From: the human T2T-CHM13v2.0 reference genome, Homo sapiens
Reading direction: 5' to 3' (one strand)
Assembly: GCF_009914755.1 (NCBI RefSeq)
Contig: NC_060925.1
Length of the DNA: 64,000 bases
Position numbers and translations under genes: made by a program. The notes beneath the pieces are model-generated. The model was not told the DNA's origin. It ran no database searches and saw only the letters and a program-made list of their open reading frames with translations. Positions 12,351 through 26,774 of this stretch are shown piece by piece (the first letter of the stretch is position 1; each line of letters begins with the position of its first letter).

Positions 12351-12974
12351 TGTGGCAGACATAATGTTGTGTTTAATAGTCTGTTTTTGTTTTTTCTTCT
12401 CTCCTGGACACCAGGAGGACATTTTCCAGTCTTCCACTGCATCTAGATGGGGCCATGGGACTAAGCACTGGGCAACAGAAAGGAGGTAGAGGTGGAAGTA
12501 ATGTTGTCTACTTCCAAGCAAGCCCCTACAGCATTGTGGGTGATGTGTGTACATGTTCTCTCCTTCCCACCATGTGACTGTATGGAGCCATACGGAGTCT
12601 CACTCTTGTCACCCAGGATGGAGTACAGTGGCGTGATCTCAGCTCACTTCAACCTCCATCTCCTGGGTTCAAGCAATTCTCCTGCCTCAGCCTCCCGAGT
12701 AGCTAGGACTACAGGCGCCTGCCACCACTCCTAGAGACAGGGTTTCACCATATTGGCCAGGCTGTTCTCGAACTCCTAACCTCATGATCTGCCCGCCTCG
12801 GCCTCCCAAAGTGCTGGGATTACAGGCGTGAGCCACCGCGCCCGGCCAGGAGAACTTTCTGACTGGTAATATCCACATCAGACTTTACTTGAGGGAGAAG
12901 TAGGCCTGTATTGTGTTAATCTACTGAGATGTTAAGATTATTTATTATAGAAATTAACACATTTTGATTGATAT
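12351..12974 (+). mobile_element. MLT1 MaLR LTR interrupted by an Alu
   Basis: tgtggcagac start, gcatctagatggggccatgggactaag core, tattgtgttaatctactgagatgtt 3' motif. Confidence 0.65.
12592..12847 (-). mobile_element. AluS-like lacking poly(A) tail and central A-rich linker
   Basis: Reverse-strand Alu from acggagtctcact to gcgcccggcc; the two arms join directly at ccactcc/tagagac. Confidence 0.95.
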
Positions 12975-13451
12975 AACATTGAAAAAATATTTTTAAATGG
13001 GGATTTTAAGTTGTTCTTTTGGCATTGTGGACACACTTTAAAAATGCAGCCATCCTAACAGTATGCATCTTTTAAGATATTTTATTTGCTGTTTTTTGAA
13101 CCAAGGATATAAGTTTCAGGATCATTGGAATGGCATCCAAATCTTAAATTTATGTGTAAAACAGACTAATAATAGATAATGGAACAAAAGGTTAGTACAT
13201 GCATACACTTAGTGCTCTTGTCCTGATTCTGTTACAGCCCGTCAAGGAGACTCACATGCCTTTTCCCGACTGGCCTTCTTGCTGCCATGCAACCCTACAG
13301 GGTAGGGCCTATAGTAAAAATCCCTAGCATCAAGGACTCTTGACATTTGTATGTGATTTCTCTGGATACAATGTCTAAGCAGTGGCTTACTATGACAGTT
13401 GATGCTTCCTGGTCTCAGAATTATGATCCAAATATAATGTATGTACCTAGC

Positions 13452-13748
13452 ACTAGGTGTGGTGGCTCACACTGTTCACTGCACTTTGGGAGGCTGAGGT
13501 GGAAGAATTGCTTGAGCCCAGGAGTTCAAGACCAGCCTGGGCAACATAGCAAGTGTCTTGTCTCTACTAAAAATTTAAAAATTAGCTGAGCATGGTGGCA
13601 CACACTTGTGGTCTCAGCCACTTGGTAGCTGAGGCAAGAGGATTGTTTGAGCCTAGGAGGTCAAGGCTGCAGTGAGCCGTGATCGCACCACCGCACTTCA
13701 GCCTGGGTGACAGAAGTGAGACCCTCAAAACAAATGAACAAACAAAAA
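13452..13748 (+). mobile_element. AluJ-like
   Basis: Dimeric Alu, gaggtcaaggctgcagtgag (J-type), degenerate tail. Confidence 0.95.
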
Positions 13749-13869
13749 TGTATCTGAGTATAGAAAGTAACAAGAACACACAAAGAACTTCTTCCAAGTC
13801 AGTCTCCTGGGCTACTAGAAAAGGCCCCAAAGGCAGCCTGAGGAATTCTGAGCTTTTCAGGAGGTTCTG

Positions 13870-14765
13870 TTCAAGAAAATACATTCAACCAAAAAAAGGA
13901 AATTAGACAACAAAATAAGTGACTTTGGGATTTTAACCCAAAGTATTAAATGGGTCCATACTAATCTAAATAAATGAATAGGATAGAAGAGACAAACCTC
14001 CCATACAAAAGAACAAAAACCAAAAAACTTTAAATAGTTTATATAGATACTGCCTCCTCAAGGAGGTGGCACATAACTCTCCACCTCTCAAATGTGGACT
14101 ATGCTTAGTGTCTTGATTCTATACAACACAGAAAGGAAAGGGGAAAATAACTTTATAAGAGAGAAACCCAGCAAACACTGCCTCAGCCAGGTATTCAAAG
14201 TTAATACCATCAGTGATAAGTCTCATACATAACATGCACCCTTGATGTGATATACCCTTATCAAAGAATGGCACTTCACCTCTGTTATCTTCCTCTCCAA
14301 AGCCATCACCCCAGCCAAATCATAATAAAAAAAATTAGACAAAACTAATGTGAGGGGTATTCTATAAAACCTGAGCAATGCTTCTTTTTATGGTTTGCGT
14401 CCCTCCAAAATTCATGTAGAAACTTAATCCCCAATGCAATAATATTAAGAAGTAGGGACTTTATGGGGACTCTGCCATCATGGAAGGAATTTGTGCCCCT
14501 AAAAAAGGGATCAAGCAAGTGAGTTAGGCCCTTTGCCCCTTCTACCATGTAGAGACACAGCAACAAGGCATCATCTTTGAAGAGGAGAAAAAGCCCTCAC
14601 CAGACACTGCATCTCCTGGCACATTGATTTGGATTTCCCAGGCTCCAGAACTGTAAGAAATAAATTCCTTTTAGGAAACTAGATTTGAGATATAAATGAA
14701 CTCTTTGTACTACTTTTGCAACTATTCTCTAAACCTAAAACTATTCTAACATTTTAAAAGTTTTA
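13870..14765 (+). mobile_element. Old L1M (MC/MD-type) 3'UTR fragment, interrupted by a MaLR LTR
   Basis: ctcagccaggtattcaaagttaataccatcagtgataagtc and terminal actacttttgcaact...aaacctaaaactattc. Confidence 0.7.
14387..14672 (+). mobile_element. MLT1A/MST-type MaLR LTR (partial)
   Basis: gtccctccaaaattcatgtagaaacttaatccccaatg...ctccagaactgtaagaaataaatt. Confidence 0.85.
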
Positions 14766-15073
<308 letters not shown>

Positions 15074-15522
15074 TCATTTGCTTTTCCTTGAAGAAGAAAT
15101 CTAAGCATATAGTTGATAGCAAATTTATGACAATCCCCTTTACTACTGTAAATCAGCTCTCTGAAACTCACTGGTGAACTCTTTCTTTCAAATAAATCCA
15201 CATTGATCCCTCATCTTCATCTGCCTCCCTGGTCACTTTCTTGCTTGCACCCCTTTCCTAATTCCATCTTCCTCAATACAAAATGTTCCCCCACCAGACA
15301 TAGATCAATTGAAATGTCATTTGTCATCTGTAAATATTTTCCTTAGAGAAATGATGTCTCTTGGGCTCTTGTCCTCTGCACCACTTCTCATATTTACTGC
15401 AATTCTGGTAGAGGACCAGATGGACATGTTAATAATTCTCAGTCCCATTAGATACATAGATAACATTGATAAATCAGCAAATTAAGAAAAAAAAAGCGAA
15501 TTTATTTTGGAAAAGCTACTGT

Positions 15523-15752
15523 TCAACCTGGGCAATCCAGCAAGATCCCATTTCTAAAAAAAAAAAAATTGTTTTTAATTAGCTGGGCATGGTGGCACAT
15601 GCCTGCAGTTCCAGCTACTTAGGAGGCTGAGGATTACTTGAGCCCAGGAGTTTGAGGCTGTAGTGAGCTAGGATGGTGCCGCTGCACACTTCAGCCTGAG
15701 TGACAGAGCAAGACCCCATTTCTAATTAAAAGAAGAAAGAAAGAAAAAAAAA
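15523..15752 (+). mobile_element. AluJ-like, 5' truncated
   Basis: End of left arm, linker, right arm and A-rich tail. Confidence 0.9.
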
Positions 15753-16858
15753 ACTGCTAAATTAGTGAGGGAGGAAGTAAATATAGAACTTAACTACCAT
15801 GCTTTGTATATTTAGCCCCAAATATATATTTAATTAGGAAACATTAAATATGAATTTTGAAGGGAATTTACTGAATATCTAATACTATACTCTCAAGTTA
15901 CATATTAGGAATGGCTTAAGTGACCAGCTCAACTTCATGCAGTTAATGACCAGGAGACTCATGATTATTTTATTCCTCCTCATTTTTCATGTTCTTCAAA
16001 CACCAAGTTCGAATTTTTGTCGTGATGCAAGAAGGCTAAAGGCTTTGATATGGTAATGCCTCTTTCCTGACAAGGAAGAAACACAGAAAGAAAATAGCAA
16101 ATGAATACACGAAAAACAAATCAGCCTGACCAAATATTATGTTATATCCTCTTCAATTTAATGACTTCTTATAGACACATAGAGATTCACTTTCAATAAA
16201 AGTGTTTGAATATGCAGCCTGGCAACCTGCTCAATCATCCAGTGGCTACTGCCTTATACCTTCCGGTGTCCAGAACTGTGGGACCTCTCATTTCCATCTC
16301 TCAGGTACATTCTTCATTAAATACATTGCAACCATTATTTTCATTAAATGTTTTTAGACCCACAGAAATCTATCATCTTGTTTAATCACTCCTGTCATTA
16401 TCATTTCATTCATGTAATCATGCACTTATTTGTTCAGTCATCTATACATTCATCTACAATTTGCCAGACACTGAGCAAGGTGCTGAAAATACAAACAGAG
16501 ATGGCACCATTCCTGAAGTCAAGGTGCATGCTGTCTACTAATTTAAATGTTAGCAAAAACAGCCTGACAATATTTCCTGTAAAATCTCTGTGGTCTACAG
16601 AATTTCTAATTATCTGTGCTCATTAAATATTAAACAATATTTCATGACCTATTAGGTAAAGACTGGTATGGTATCTGCAAGTAAAAACAAATGAAGAATT
16701 CTTAAAAGCTAAAGAATTCAAGAAAATAAATATGAGTTAGACATTGTTTCCTCTTTTTATTCGAAATGTAAATGTGTATATGCATGCATGTATATGCACA
16801 TAATATATTTTAATTTCCAGACATCAATTAACAAAAATTCAATATTAAAATGATTTTG

Positions 16859-17660
16859 TTCAAAAGAAGACATACATGCAGCCAACAAGCATACAAAAGA
16901 AAGCTCAATATTACTGAACATTAGAGAAATGCAAATCAAAACCACAATGAGATACTATCTCCTGAGTCAGAATGGCTATTATTAAAAAGTCAAAAACAAC
17001 AGATGCTGGCGAGTTCGCAGAGAAAAGGGAACTCTTATACACTGCTGGTGGGAATGTAAATTAGTTCAACCATCGTGGAAAGCAGTATGATTCCTCAAAG
17101 AGCTAAAAGCAGAACTAGCATATGATCTGGCAACCTCATTACTGAGTATATACCCAGAAGAATATAAATCATTCTACCATAAAGGCGCATGCACGCAAAT
17201 GTTCATTGCAGCACTATTCATAGCAAAGTCATAGAATCAACTTAAATGCTCATCAATGACAGATTAGATTTAAAACATATATATTTATACCATGGAATAC
17301 TATGCAGCCATAAAAAAGAACAAGATCATGTCTCTTGCAGGAACATGGATGGAGCTGGAGGCCATTATCCTTAGCAAACTAATGCAGGAACAGAAAACCA
17401 AGTATCACATGTTCTCACTTATAAGTGGGAGCTAAATGATAAGAACTTCTGAACACAAAGAAGGAAACAACAGACACTAGTGTCTACTTGAGAGGGGAGG
17501 GTGGGAGGAGGGAGTGGAGCCGAAAAGATAACTATTGGGTACTGGGCTTAATACCTGAGTGATGAAATAATCTGTAAGACAAACCCCTGTGACATGTGTT
17601 TACCTATGTAACAAACTTTCGCATGTATCCCTGAACCTAAAATAAAAGTTTTAAAAAAAA
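16859..17660 (+). mobile_element. L1PA13-16-like 5'-truncated 3' end
   Basis: L1 ORF2 end and 3'UTR (gataactattgggtactgggcttaatacctg); TSD-like tgattttg at 16851-16858 and 17662-17669. Confidence 0.93.
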
Positions 17661-18404
17661 CTGATTTTGGAACATTATCCAACCAATAATTATTTTAAAC
17701 ATTTTTAAGTAATAAGTGCTTCAAGTTTTCTATTTCTCTGTGACTTCCAAATTAGCCAGTGATGTTTGCAATCCTTTGTATGTCCTTTATACAGTTGTAG
17801 GATATCAGAGCCATCTCAAAATCTAAGTCAAGCCCAGACACTTCAGCCCCTACTTACAATAGAAATCAGGACATATTTTATCACTCAGTTACACATAAGG
17901 CATGAGACTTAATATATAGCCCAGGCTGTAGGAGTTATTAAAGAATGAAGTTATTTTGCCAACCTTACTTATACAACACAACATATAATATTTTGGCATA
18001 GATACTCTTTAACTCACTACATATTGGCTTATCTGCAAAGTCCAGTGTCAATGTGGAAATTATAAATAGTAGATCTGTTTGGCAAAGTCTCTGAGATTAA
18101 TGAGTGTTATTGTCCCACAGAAGAAGAAATACCTCAAAATTATATTACAATATTCCCACAGCTCGTCAGTCTGTTCCAATGCCACATTCTGTTCATGGTT
18201 GCTTTTGGCAGTTACAATTTCTTGCATAGCCTTTGGTGTTAGTTATGTTATTCAGTCAAGATATAATGAAAACACACTCATTTATTGTCAATTACTGTTC
18301 AAAGCAAGAGGCAGAAAAAATTTGGCAAAAACTTTTCAAACAAGCTCACTGTCTGAGTTAAAGTTTTTCGTAATGACATTCTAGGAGAAACTCTTCACAA
18401 GAAT

Positions 18405-18570
18405 AAAAATAGCAATTGTCAGAGTGGCTAACATTATGACACTTACTTTGCATACATCATCTCATTTAAGCCTCACAAAACACCTATGAAGTGAGTAGAA
18501 TTATTATCCACATTTTATGGATTAAGATTTTGAAGGCCTGAGGGATAACTTGCTTAAGTTCACATACCTA
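18405..18570 (-). mobile_element. MIR fragment
   Basis: catctcatttaagcctcacaaaacacctatgaagt...attatccacatttta. Confidence 0.8.
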
Positions 18571-19580
18571 ATAAATCCAATTAAAAAATGGGCAAAAGAT
18601 CTGTATAGACATTTCTCCAGACAAGACACACAAATGCCAAACAGGCATATGAAAATGTGCTCAGCATCACTGATCATCAGAGAAATGCAAATCAAAAATA
18701 CAATGAGGTATCATTTCACTCCAGTTAAAATGACTTATACTCAAAAGACAGGCAACGACAAATGCTGCTGAGGATGTGGAGAAAAGAGAACCATCTTGCA
18801 CTGTTGGTGGAAAGGTAAACTAATATAATCGCTTTGGACAACAGTTTGGAGGTTCCTCAAAAAACTAAAAATTGAGCTACCATATGATCCAGCAATCCCG
18901 CTGCTAGGTATATACCCAAAAGAAAGGAACTCAGTATATTGAAGAGATATCTGCACTCCCATGTTTGTTGCAGCACTGTTCACAATAGCCAAGATTTGGA
19001 AGCAACCTAAGTGTCCATCAACAGATGGATGGATGAAGAAAATATGGTATGTATACACAATGGACTGTGTATAGTATTCAACCATAAAAACAAATGAGGT
19101 CCTGTCATTTGCAACAACATGGATGGAACTAGAGTTCATTTTTTAAGTGAAATAAGCCAGGCACAGAAATTCAAACATCACACGTGCTCACTTATTCATA
19201 GGATCTAAAAATCAAAACAATTGAACTCATGAAGATAGAGAGTAAAAGGATGGTTACCAGAGGTAGGGAAGGGTAGTGAAGGTGAGTGGGGGAGAGGTAA
19301 GGATGGTTAATGGATTAAAAAAAAATAGTTAGAATGAATGAATAAGACCTAGTATTTGATAACACAACAGAGAAACTATAGTCAATAATAATTTAATTGC
19401 ACATTTAAAAATAACACAAAGGATAAATGTTTGTAACACAAAGGATTAATGCTTGAGGGGATGGAGACTCAAGTTTCCATGAAGTGATTATTATGCATTG
19501 CATGCCTGTATCAAAACATCTCATGTACCCCATAAATATAGACACCTACTATGTACCCACAAAAATTAAAAATAAAAAAA
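18570..19580 (+). mobile_element. L1MA1-3-like 3' end
   Basis: ORF2 C-terminal remnant ([10 protein letters not shown]) and L1MA 3'UTR ending ctatgtacccacaaaaattaaaaataaaa. Confidence 0.92.
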
Positions 19581-20489
19581 TCATGCTGCCCTTGTAACCA
19601 TTAGTTTTCTAAGGGATTTATCTTTCAAAAATAATTGGTTAGATTATTGAAAAAAAAAAAAGGAAAGCCTACTGCATAGTTATGGAGCAAGGATGTATGT
19701 TAATCACACTTTCAGAGTCACAAATTAGAGCTTCTCATTGGAATATCTGCTGCATTCTATTTTTAATCTTCCATTGATCATGATATAAATAACTTACATG
19801 TGTATTATAGACACAGACATATTGCATCATTCACCAGGCTTCTATGGCAATAGTTGAGGTTTTAAGCTGTGGCTCTTCTGTGTGCTAGGTTTTCTTCTTT
19901 CCTGATTTTGTTCATGATCTTCTCTTCATTTGGAACATTCTTCCTCTCTTCTCCACCTTGTTAACTCCTTATCTTTAGAAACTTGTACCACACAACTCTT
20001 CTCTCTCATCTAAAAGATCTGCTTCTTCTTTGGAAAAAAATTATCAAGGCTATCTGACTCCAACTCAGATTAATCTGTTTTTACAGCCATTTTCAGAGCA
20101 GGGATTCTCTTTTTTAGTCTAAGTAAAATTTCTCCACCTTTGATCCTCCTATCCTGCCTCTTTCACTAAAATGTTATTCATTGATTTTTCCAGTTTTCTT
20201 CTATATGTTTACTTTCTCGATTGCCTTTTCTCTTGCAGCATTTAAATGTATTCACTTCTCTCCCACCTGAAAAGAAATTTTTCTTGCTCATTTGGACTTC
20301 TCTTGTCATTGTCCTGTCATTTCCCTCTTGAAAGACACTTAATATTTAGGCTTCAATTGATTGTATGTAAGTTATTTAGGACTCTATTCAATTCCATCAA
20401 TACATATGTCTATTCTTATACCATTATCATACTGTTTTTATTAGTGTAGTGTTACAGAAAGTCTTTTTTTAGAATAAGAAATAGCATGT

Positions 20490-23350
20490 ATTTATTTATT
20501 TTTATGGGTACATAGTAGTTGTATGTATTTATGGGGGTACGTGAGATATTTTGGCATGGTCATACAACGCATAACTATCACATCAGGGTAAAGGAGGTAT
20601 CTATCTCCTCAAGCATTTATCATTTATCATTTATTTGTGTTACAAACATTCCAATTATACTCTCAGTTATTTTAAAAGTACAACAAATTACTGTTGACTG
20701 TAGCCACCCTGTTGTGCTATCAAATACTCAATCTTATTCATTCTCTATATTTTCATACTCATTAACCATACCCTCCCCACCACCCCTACACACCATCTAC
20801 TCTTCTCAGCCTCTGGTTACCATCCTTCCACTCTCTATCTCCATGTGTTCAATTGTTTTGATTTTTAGATCCCTTTTCTCCACATTCTTGCCAACATTTG
20901 TTATTGCCTGTATTTTGGGTATAAGCCGTTTTAACTGGGGTGAGATGATACCTCATTTTAGTTTTGATTGGCATTTCTCTGATGATCAATGATGTTGAGC
21001 ATCTTCTTATATACCCGTTTACCATTTGTATGTTTGTTTGTGTTTTTTTTTAGAAATGTCTATACAGATCTTTTGCCCATTTAAAATAAGATTATTAGAT
21101 TTTTTTCTATTGAGTTGTTTGAGCTCTGTATGTATTCTGGTATGCATTCTTTGTCAGATGGCTAGTTTACAGATATGTTCTCCCATTCTGTGGGTTGCCT
21201 CTTCACTTTGTTGATTGTTTCCTTTGCTGTGCAGAAGCTTTTCAACTTGATATGATCCCATTTGTCCATTTTTGCTTTGGTTCCCTGTGCTTTGGAGGTA
21301 TTACTCAAGAAATCTTTACCTTGACCAATGTCCTGGAGAGTTTCCTCAAAGCTTTCTTTTTGTATTTGTATATGACAAATACAAAATTTGTTGTGTAGTT
21401 TTAGGTCTTAGATTTAAGTCTGTAATCCATTTTGATTTTATTTTGTTCGTAGCAAGAGATAGGGGTCTCATTTAATTCTGCTGCATATGAATATCCAGTT
21501 TTCCCAGCACCATTTATTGAAGAGACTCTCCTTTCCCCAATGAGTGTTCTTGAAACCTTTGTTGAAAATTAGTTCATTGTAGATGTATGGATTTATTTCT
21601 GGGTTCTCTATTCTGTTCCATTGTCTACATGTCTGTTTTTATGCCAGTGTCATGCTTTTTTGGTTACTATAGCTCTGTAGTATAATCTGAAGTCAGATAA
21701 TATGATTTCTCCAGTTTTATTTTTCTTTTTGCTCAGGATGACTTTGGCTATTCAGGGTCTTTTGTGGTTCTGTATATGTTTTAGGATAATTTTTTCTATT
21801 TTTGTTATGAATGTCCTTGATATTTTTATTGTGATTGCACTGAATCTGTAGATTGCTTTGGGTAGTATAAACATGTTAACAATATTGAGTTTTCTAGTCC
21901 ATGAACATGGAATATCTTCCCATTTTTTTGGTATGTCCTCTTCAATTTCTTTCATCAATATTTTATAGTTTTCATTGTAGAGATCTTTCACTTCTTTAAG
22001 TTTATTCCTAAGTATACTATTTTATTTGTAGCTATTGTAAATGGAATTACTTTCTTGATTTCTTTTTCAGATTGTTCACTATTGGCATATAGAAATGATA
22101 CTGAGTTTTGTATTCTGCAACTTTATTGAATTTATTTATCAGTTCTAATAGGTTTTTTGGAGACTCTAGGTTTTTACAAATATAAGATTATATCATCTGC
22201 AAACAAAGATAATCTGACTTCTTCCTTTCCAATTTGGATTCCCTTTAATTCTTTCTCTTGTCTGATTGCTTTAGCTAGAACTTCCAGTACTACATAAAAT
22301 AATAGTAGTGAAAGTGGGCATCGTTGATATGTTCCAGATCTTAGAGAAAAGGCTTTCAGTTTTCCCCCATTCATTATAATACTAGTTGTGGGTCTGTCAT
22401 ATATGACTTTTATTATGTTGAAGTATGTTCTTTCTATACTCATTTTTGGAGGATTTTTATCATGAAGGGATATTTAATGTTATCAAATGCTTTTTCAATA
22501 TCAATTGAAATGATCATATGGTTTGTCCTTCATTCTGCTGATATAATGTATCACATTGACTGATTTGCATATTTTGAAACATTCTTGCATCTCTGGGATA
22601 AATCCCAGTTGGTCATGATGAATGATCTTTTTTTTAATGTGTTGTTAAATTTGGTTTGCTAGTATTTTGTTGAGGGTTTTTGCACCAATGTCCATCAGGG
22701 ATATTGGTCTGTAGTTTTCTTTTTTAATGTGTCTTTTTCTGATCTTGGTATCAGAGTAATACTAGCCTCATAGAATGAGTTTGGGAGTATTCTCTCCTCC
22801 TCTATTTTTCAGAATAGTTTCAGTAGACTGATACTAGTTCTTTAAATATTTGATAAAATTCAGCAGTGAAGCAAACAGGTCTGGGAAAGTCTTTATTTTA
22901 CCTTTATGTTTGAAAGATTTTTTCACTGGATATGCTATCCTAAAATACAGTTTTTATTCCTTCAGCATTTTAAATATGTCATGCCACTCCTTCCTGGCCA
23001 AAAATTTTCCACTGAGAAGTCTGCTGCCAAACATATTGGAGCTCCTTTGTATGTTATTTGTTTCTTTATCATGCTGCTTTTAGGAACCTTTCTTTATCTT
23101 TGACCTTTGGGAGTTTGATTATTAAATGCCTTGACATAGATTTCTTTGGGTTAAATCTGGTTGGTGTTCTATAATCTTCTTTTACTTGAATATTGATATC
23201 TTTCTCCAGGTTTGGAAAATATTCTGTTACTATCCCTTTAAATAAATAGTCTATCCGGATCTCTCTACCTCCTCTTCAGCATAATTTAAATAACTGTTAA
23301 ATTTGCCTTTTTGAGGCTATTTTCTAGATCTTGTAGACATGCTTTATTGT
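20490..23350 (-). mobile_element. L1MA1-3-like element with two large internal deletions
   Basis: Reverse-strand 3'UTR at 20490, ORF2 RT remnants ([11 protein letters not shown]), then ORF1-like sequence from about 22886. Confidence 0.9.
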
Positions 23351-24335
23351 TTTTTTTTTTTTTTGACCTCTTTATAGCAATTCTTTTTACCCAATACGTC
23401 ATGTTTGGCTTTTAAAAAAAATTACAAGACCTATTAAAAGGAAAAAACAAACAGTTTGAGGAGACAGAGCAAGCCTCAAAACCAGGCTCAGATATGGCAG
23501 GATGTTAGAATTATAATACCGAGAATTAAAAATAACTATGATTAACATGTTAAGGGCTCTAGTGGACAAATTAAAAAGCATGCAAGAACTGTTAGGCAAT
23601 GTAAGCAAAAAGACCAAAATCTTGAGAAAGAGACAGAAATAAATGCTAGAGCTAAAAAACATTTTTAAAGAAATAAAGAATTTCTGTGATGTGTTTATTA
23701 GTAGACTGAACATAGCTGAGGAAAGAATCTCTGACCTTGAGGATTTTTCAATAGAAATCTCCAAAACTGAAAAGCAAATAGAAAAAAGACAGAACAAACA
23801 AACAGGACAAAATATCCAAGGGCTGTGGAACAACTACAGAGATGTAAACATGTGTAATGGGAATTTCAGAAGGAGAAGAAAGAGAGAATCGAACAGAAGA
23901 AATATTTGAAGCAATAATGGCTGAGAATTTTCTGAAATTAATCAGACAGAAAAACACAGACCCAGGAAGCTGAGAAAACACCAAACAGGATAAATGTCCA
24001 GAAAACTCCACCAAGGTGTATCATACTCAAAACTACAGAAAATCAAAAGTAAAGAAAAAGTCCTGAAAGAAGCCAAAGGAAAATAAGGAGCAAAATTTTC
24101 CTATTGAGGAGCAAAATAAGAATTACATGAAACTTCTCAGAAACAGAAAAGTAAGATGAGAATTGAGTAAAATGTTTAAAGTCCTCTGAGAGAAAACTGC
24201 ATCTACCTAGATTTCTGTATTCTGTGAAATTGTCCTTCAAAGATGATAGAGAAATAGTTTCTCAGACTAACAAAAATTGAGGGAATTTATTGCCAGTAAA
24301 CTTGCTTTGCAAGAAATGTTAAAAGAATTTCTTTA

Positions 24336-24970
<635 letters not shown>

Positions 24971-26475
24971 GCATCAGAGAATAACTTGGCAAAAATAAAA
25001 TAAAAACTTTCATTTTTCTTATTTTTAATTAATCTGACATGTAACAGTTTGCTCAAAGTAGTAATAGCAACAGTGTATTCATTATGTATAAGTGAGATGA
25101 ATAACACCATTAATACAAGGGATGGGAGTGAGGAATTAAGATTATTTCATTATTATAAGGTACTTCCTCTACATGTGAAACACTATAGTGTTATTTGAAA
25201 GTGATCTTGAATTAGCTGTGAATAAATAGATTAGTTGCCATAAATATGTATTGTAAATTCTAGGCCAACCACTAAAAAAAGTAAAAAATAAGAAAAAATG
25301 AAATTATATAAAATGCTCAATTAAAACCACAAAAAGTAGAAAAAGACTATAAAACAAGAATAGGAACAAAGAACAAGTGCAACCAATTGAAAACAGTAAC
25401 AAATATGGTAGATATTAATCTAACTGTATCAATAATCACTTTGAATGTCAGTGGTCTAAATGCACCAGTTAAAATACAGAGATTGTCAGCATGGATAAAA
25501 AAATAGGACCCTACTATATGTTGTCTACAAGGAAGCCACTTTAAATATAAAGACACATATAGACTAAAAATAAATGGATGGAGAAAGATATACCATGCTA
25601 ACACTCATCAAAAGAAAGTGGGAATAGCTATATTAATTGCACACAGAGCAGATGTTCAGAGCAAAGAAAGTTATCAGGGATAAAGATGAGCATTGCATAA
25701 TAATAAAGGGGTCAATTATCCAAGAAGATATCACAATCCTCAATGTGTATGCACTTAAATATAGAGCATCAAAATATGTAAGGCAAGACTGATAGACTGC
25801 AAGGAGATATAAATGAATGCATTCTTACGATTGGAAATTCTAACACCCTTCTTTCAGAAATGGACATATCCAGTAGGCAAAAAAATCAGCAAGGACATAG
25901 GTGAACTCAACAGCACCACTAATCTACTAGATATAATTGACATCAACAATAGAATACACATTCTTCTCAAGGCAACATTCAACATCCACCAAGACACACC
26001 ACACTCTGGGCCAAAAAAACACACCTTAACAAACTTAAAAAAATGGAAATAATATAGTGTCTGTTCTAAGACCACAATGGAATTAAACTAGAAATCAATA
26101 ATGGAAGGATAGTTAAAAAATCCCAAAATACTTGGAGATTAAACAACACACTTCTAAATAGAACATGGGTCAGAGAAAAAAATCTCAAGAGAAATTTTAA
26201 AATTTATAAACAAATGAAAATGCAACATTAAAATTTGTGGAATGGAGCAAAAGCAGTGCTTAGAGGCAAATTTATGGCACTGAATGAATATATTACAAAA
26301 GAAGAAAGATCTAAAGTTAGTCCTCTACACTTTCACCTTAGGAAACTAGAAAAAGAAAGCAAGTTAAATTCGAAGTAAACAGAAGAAAAGAAATAATATA
26401 AATTAGAAGAGAAATTAGTAAAATTAAAAATTTGTGCAAAACATGTGAAAAAGGAAAATTATAAAGAAAACCACT

Positions 26476-26774
26476 GGCTGGCTGCAGTGGCTGATGCCTG
26501 TAATCCCAGCACTTTGGGAGGCCGAGGTGAGTGGATCACCTGAGGTCAGGGGTTCAAGACCAGCCTGGCCAACATGATGAAACCCGTCTCTACTAAAAAT
26601 ACAAAAAGTGTGGTGGTGGGCACCTGTAATCCCAGCTACTCAGGAGGCTGAGGCAGGAGAATTGCTTGAACCCAGGATGCAGAGGTTGCGGTGAGCCAAG
26701 ATTGCACCATTGCTTTCCAACCTGGGCGACGAGAATAAAACTCCATCTCAATAAAAAAAAAAAAGAAAGAAAGA
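26476..26774 (+). mobile_element. AluS-like
   Basis: TSD aaagaaaaccact (26463-26475) / aaagaaaatcact (26775-26787). Confidence 0.96.

Noticed and set aside
20519-20992. 157-aa hydrophobic ORF resembling a membrane protein
   Set aside because: Antisense reading of a T-rich L1MA 3' end
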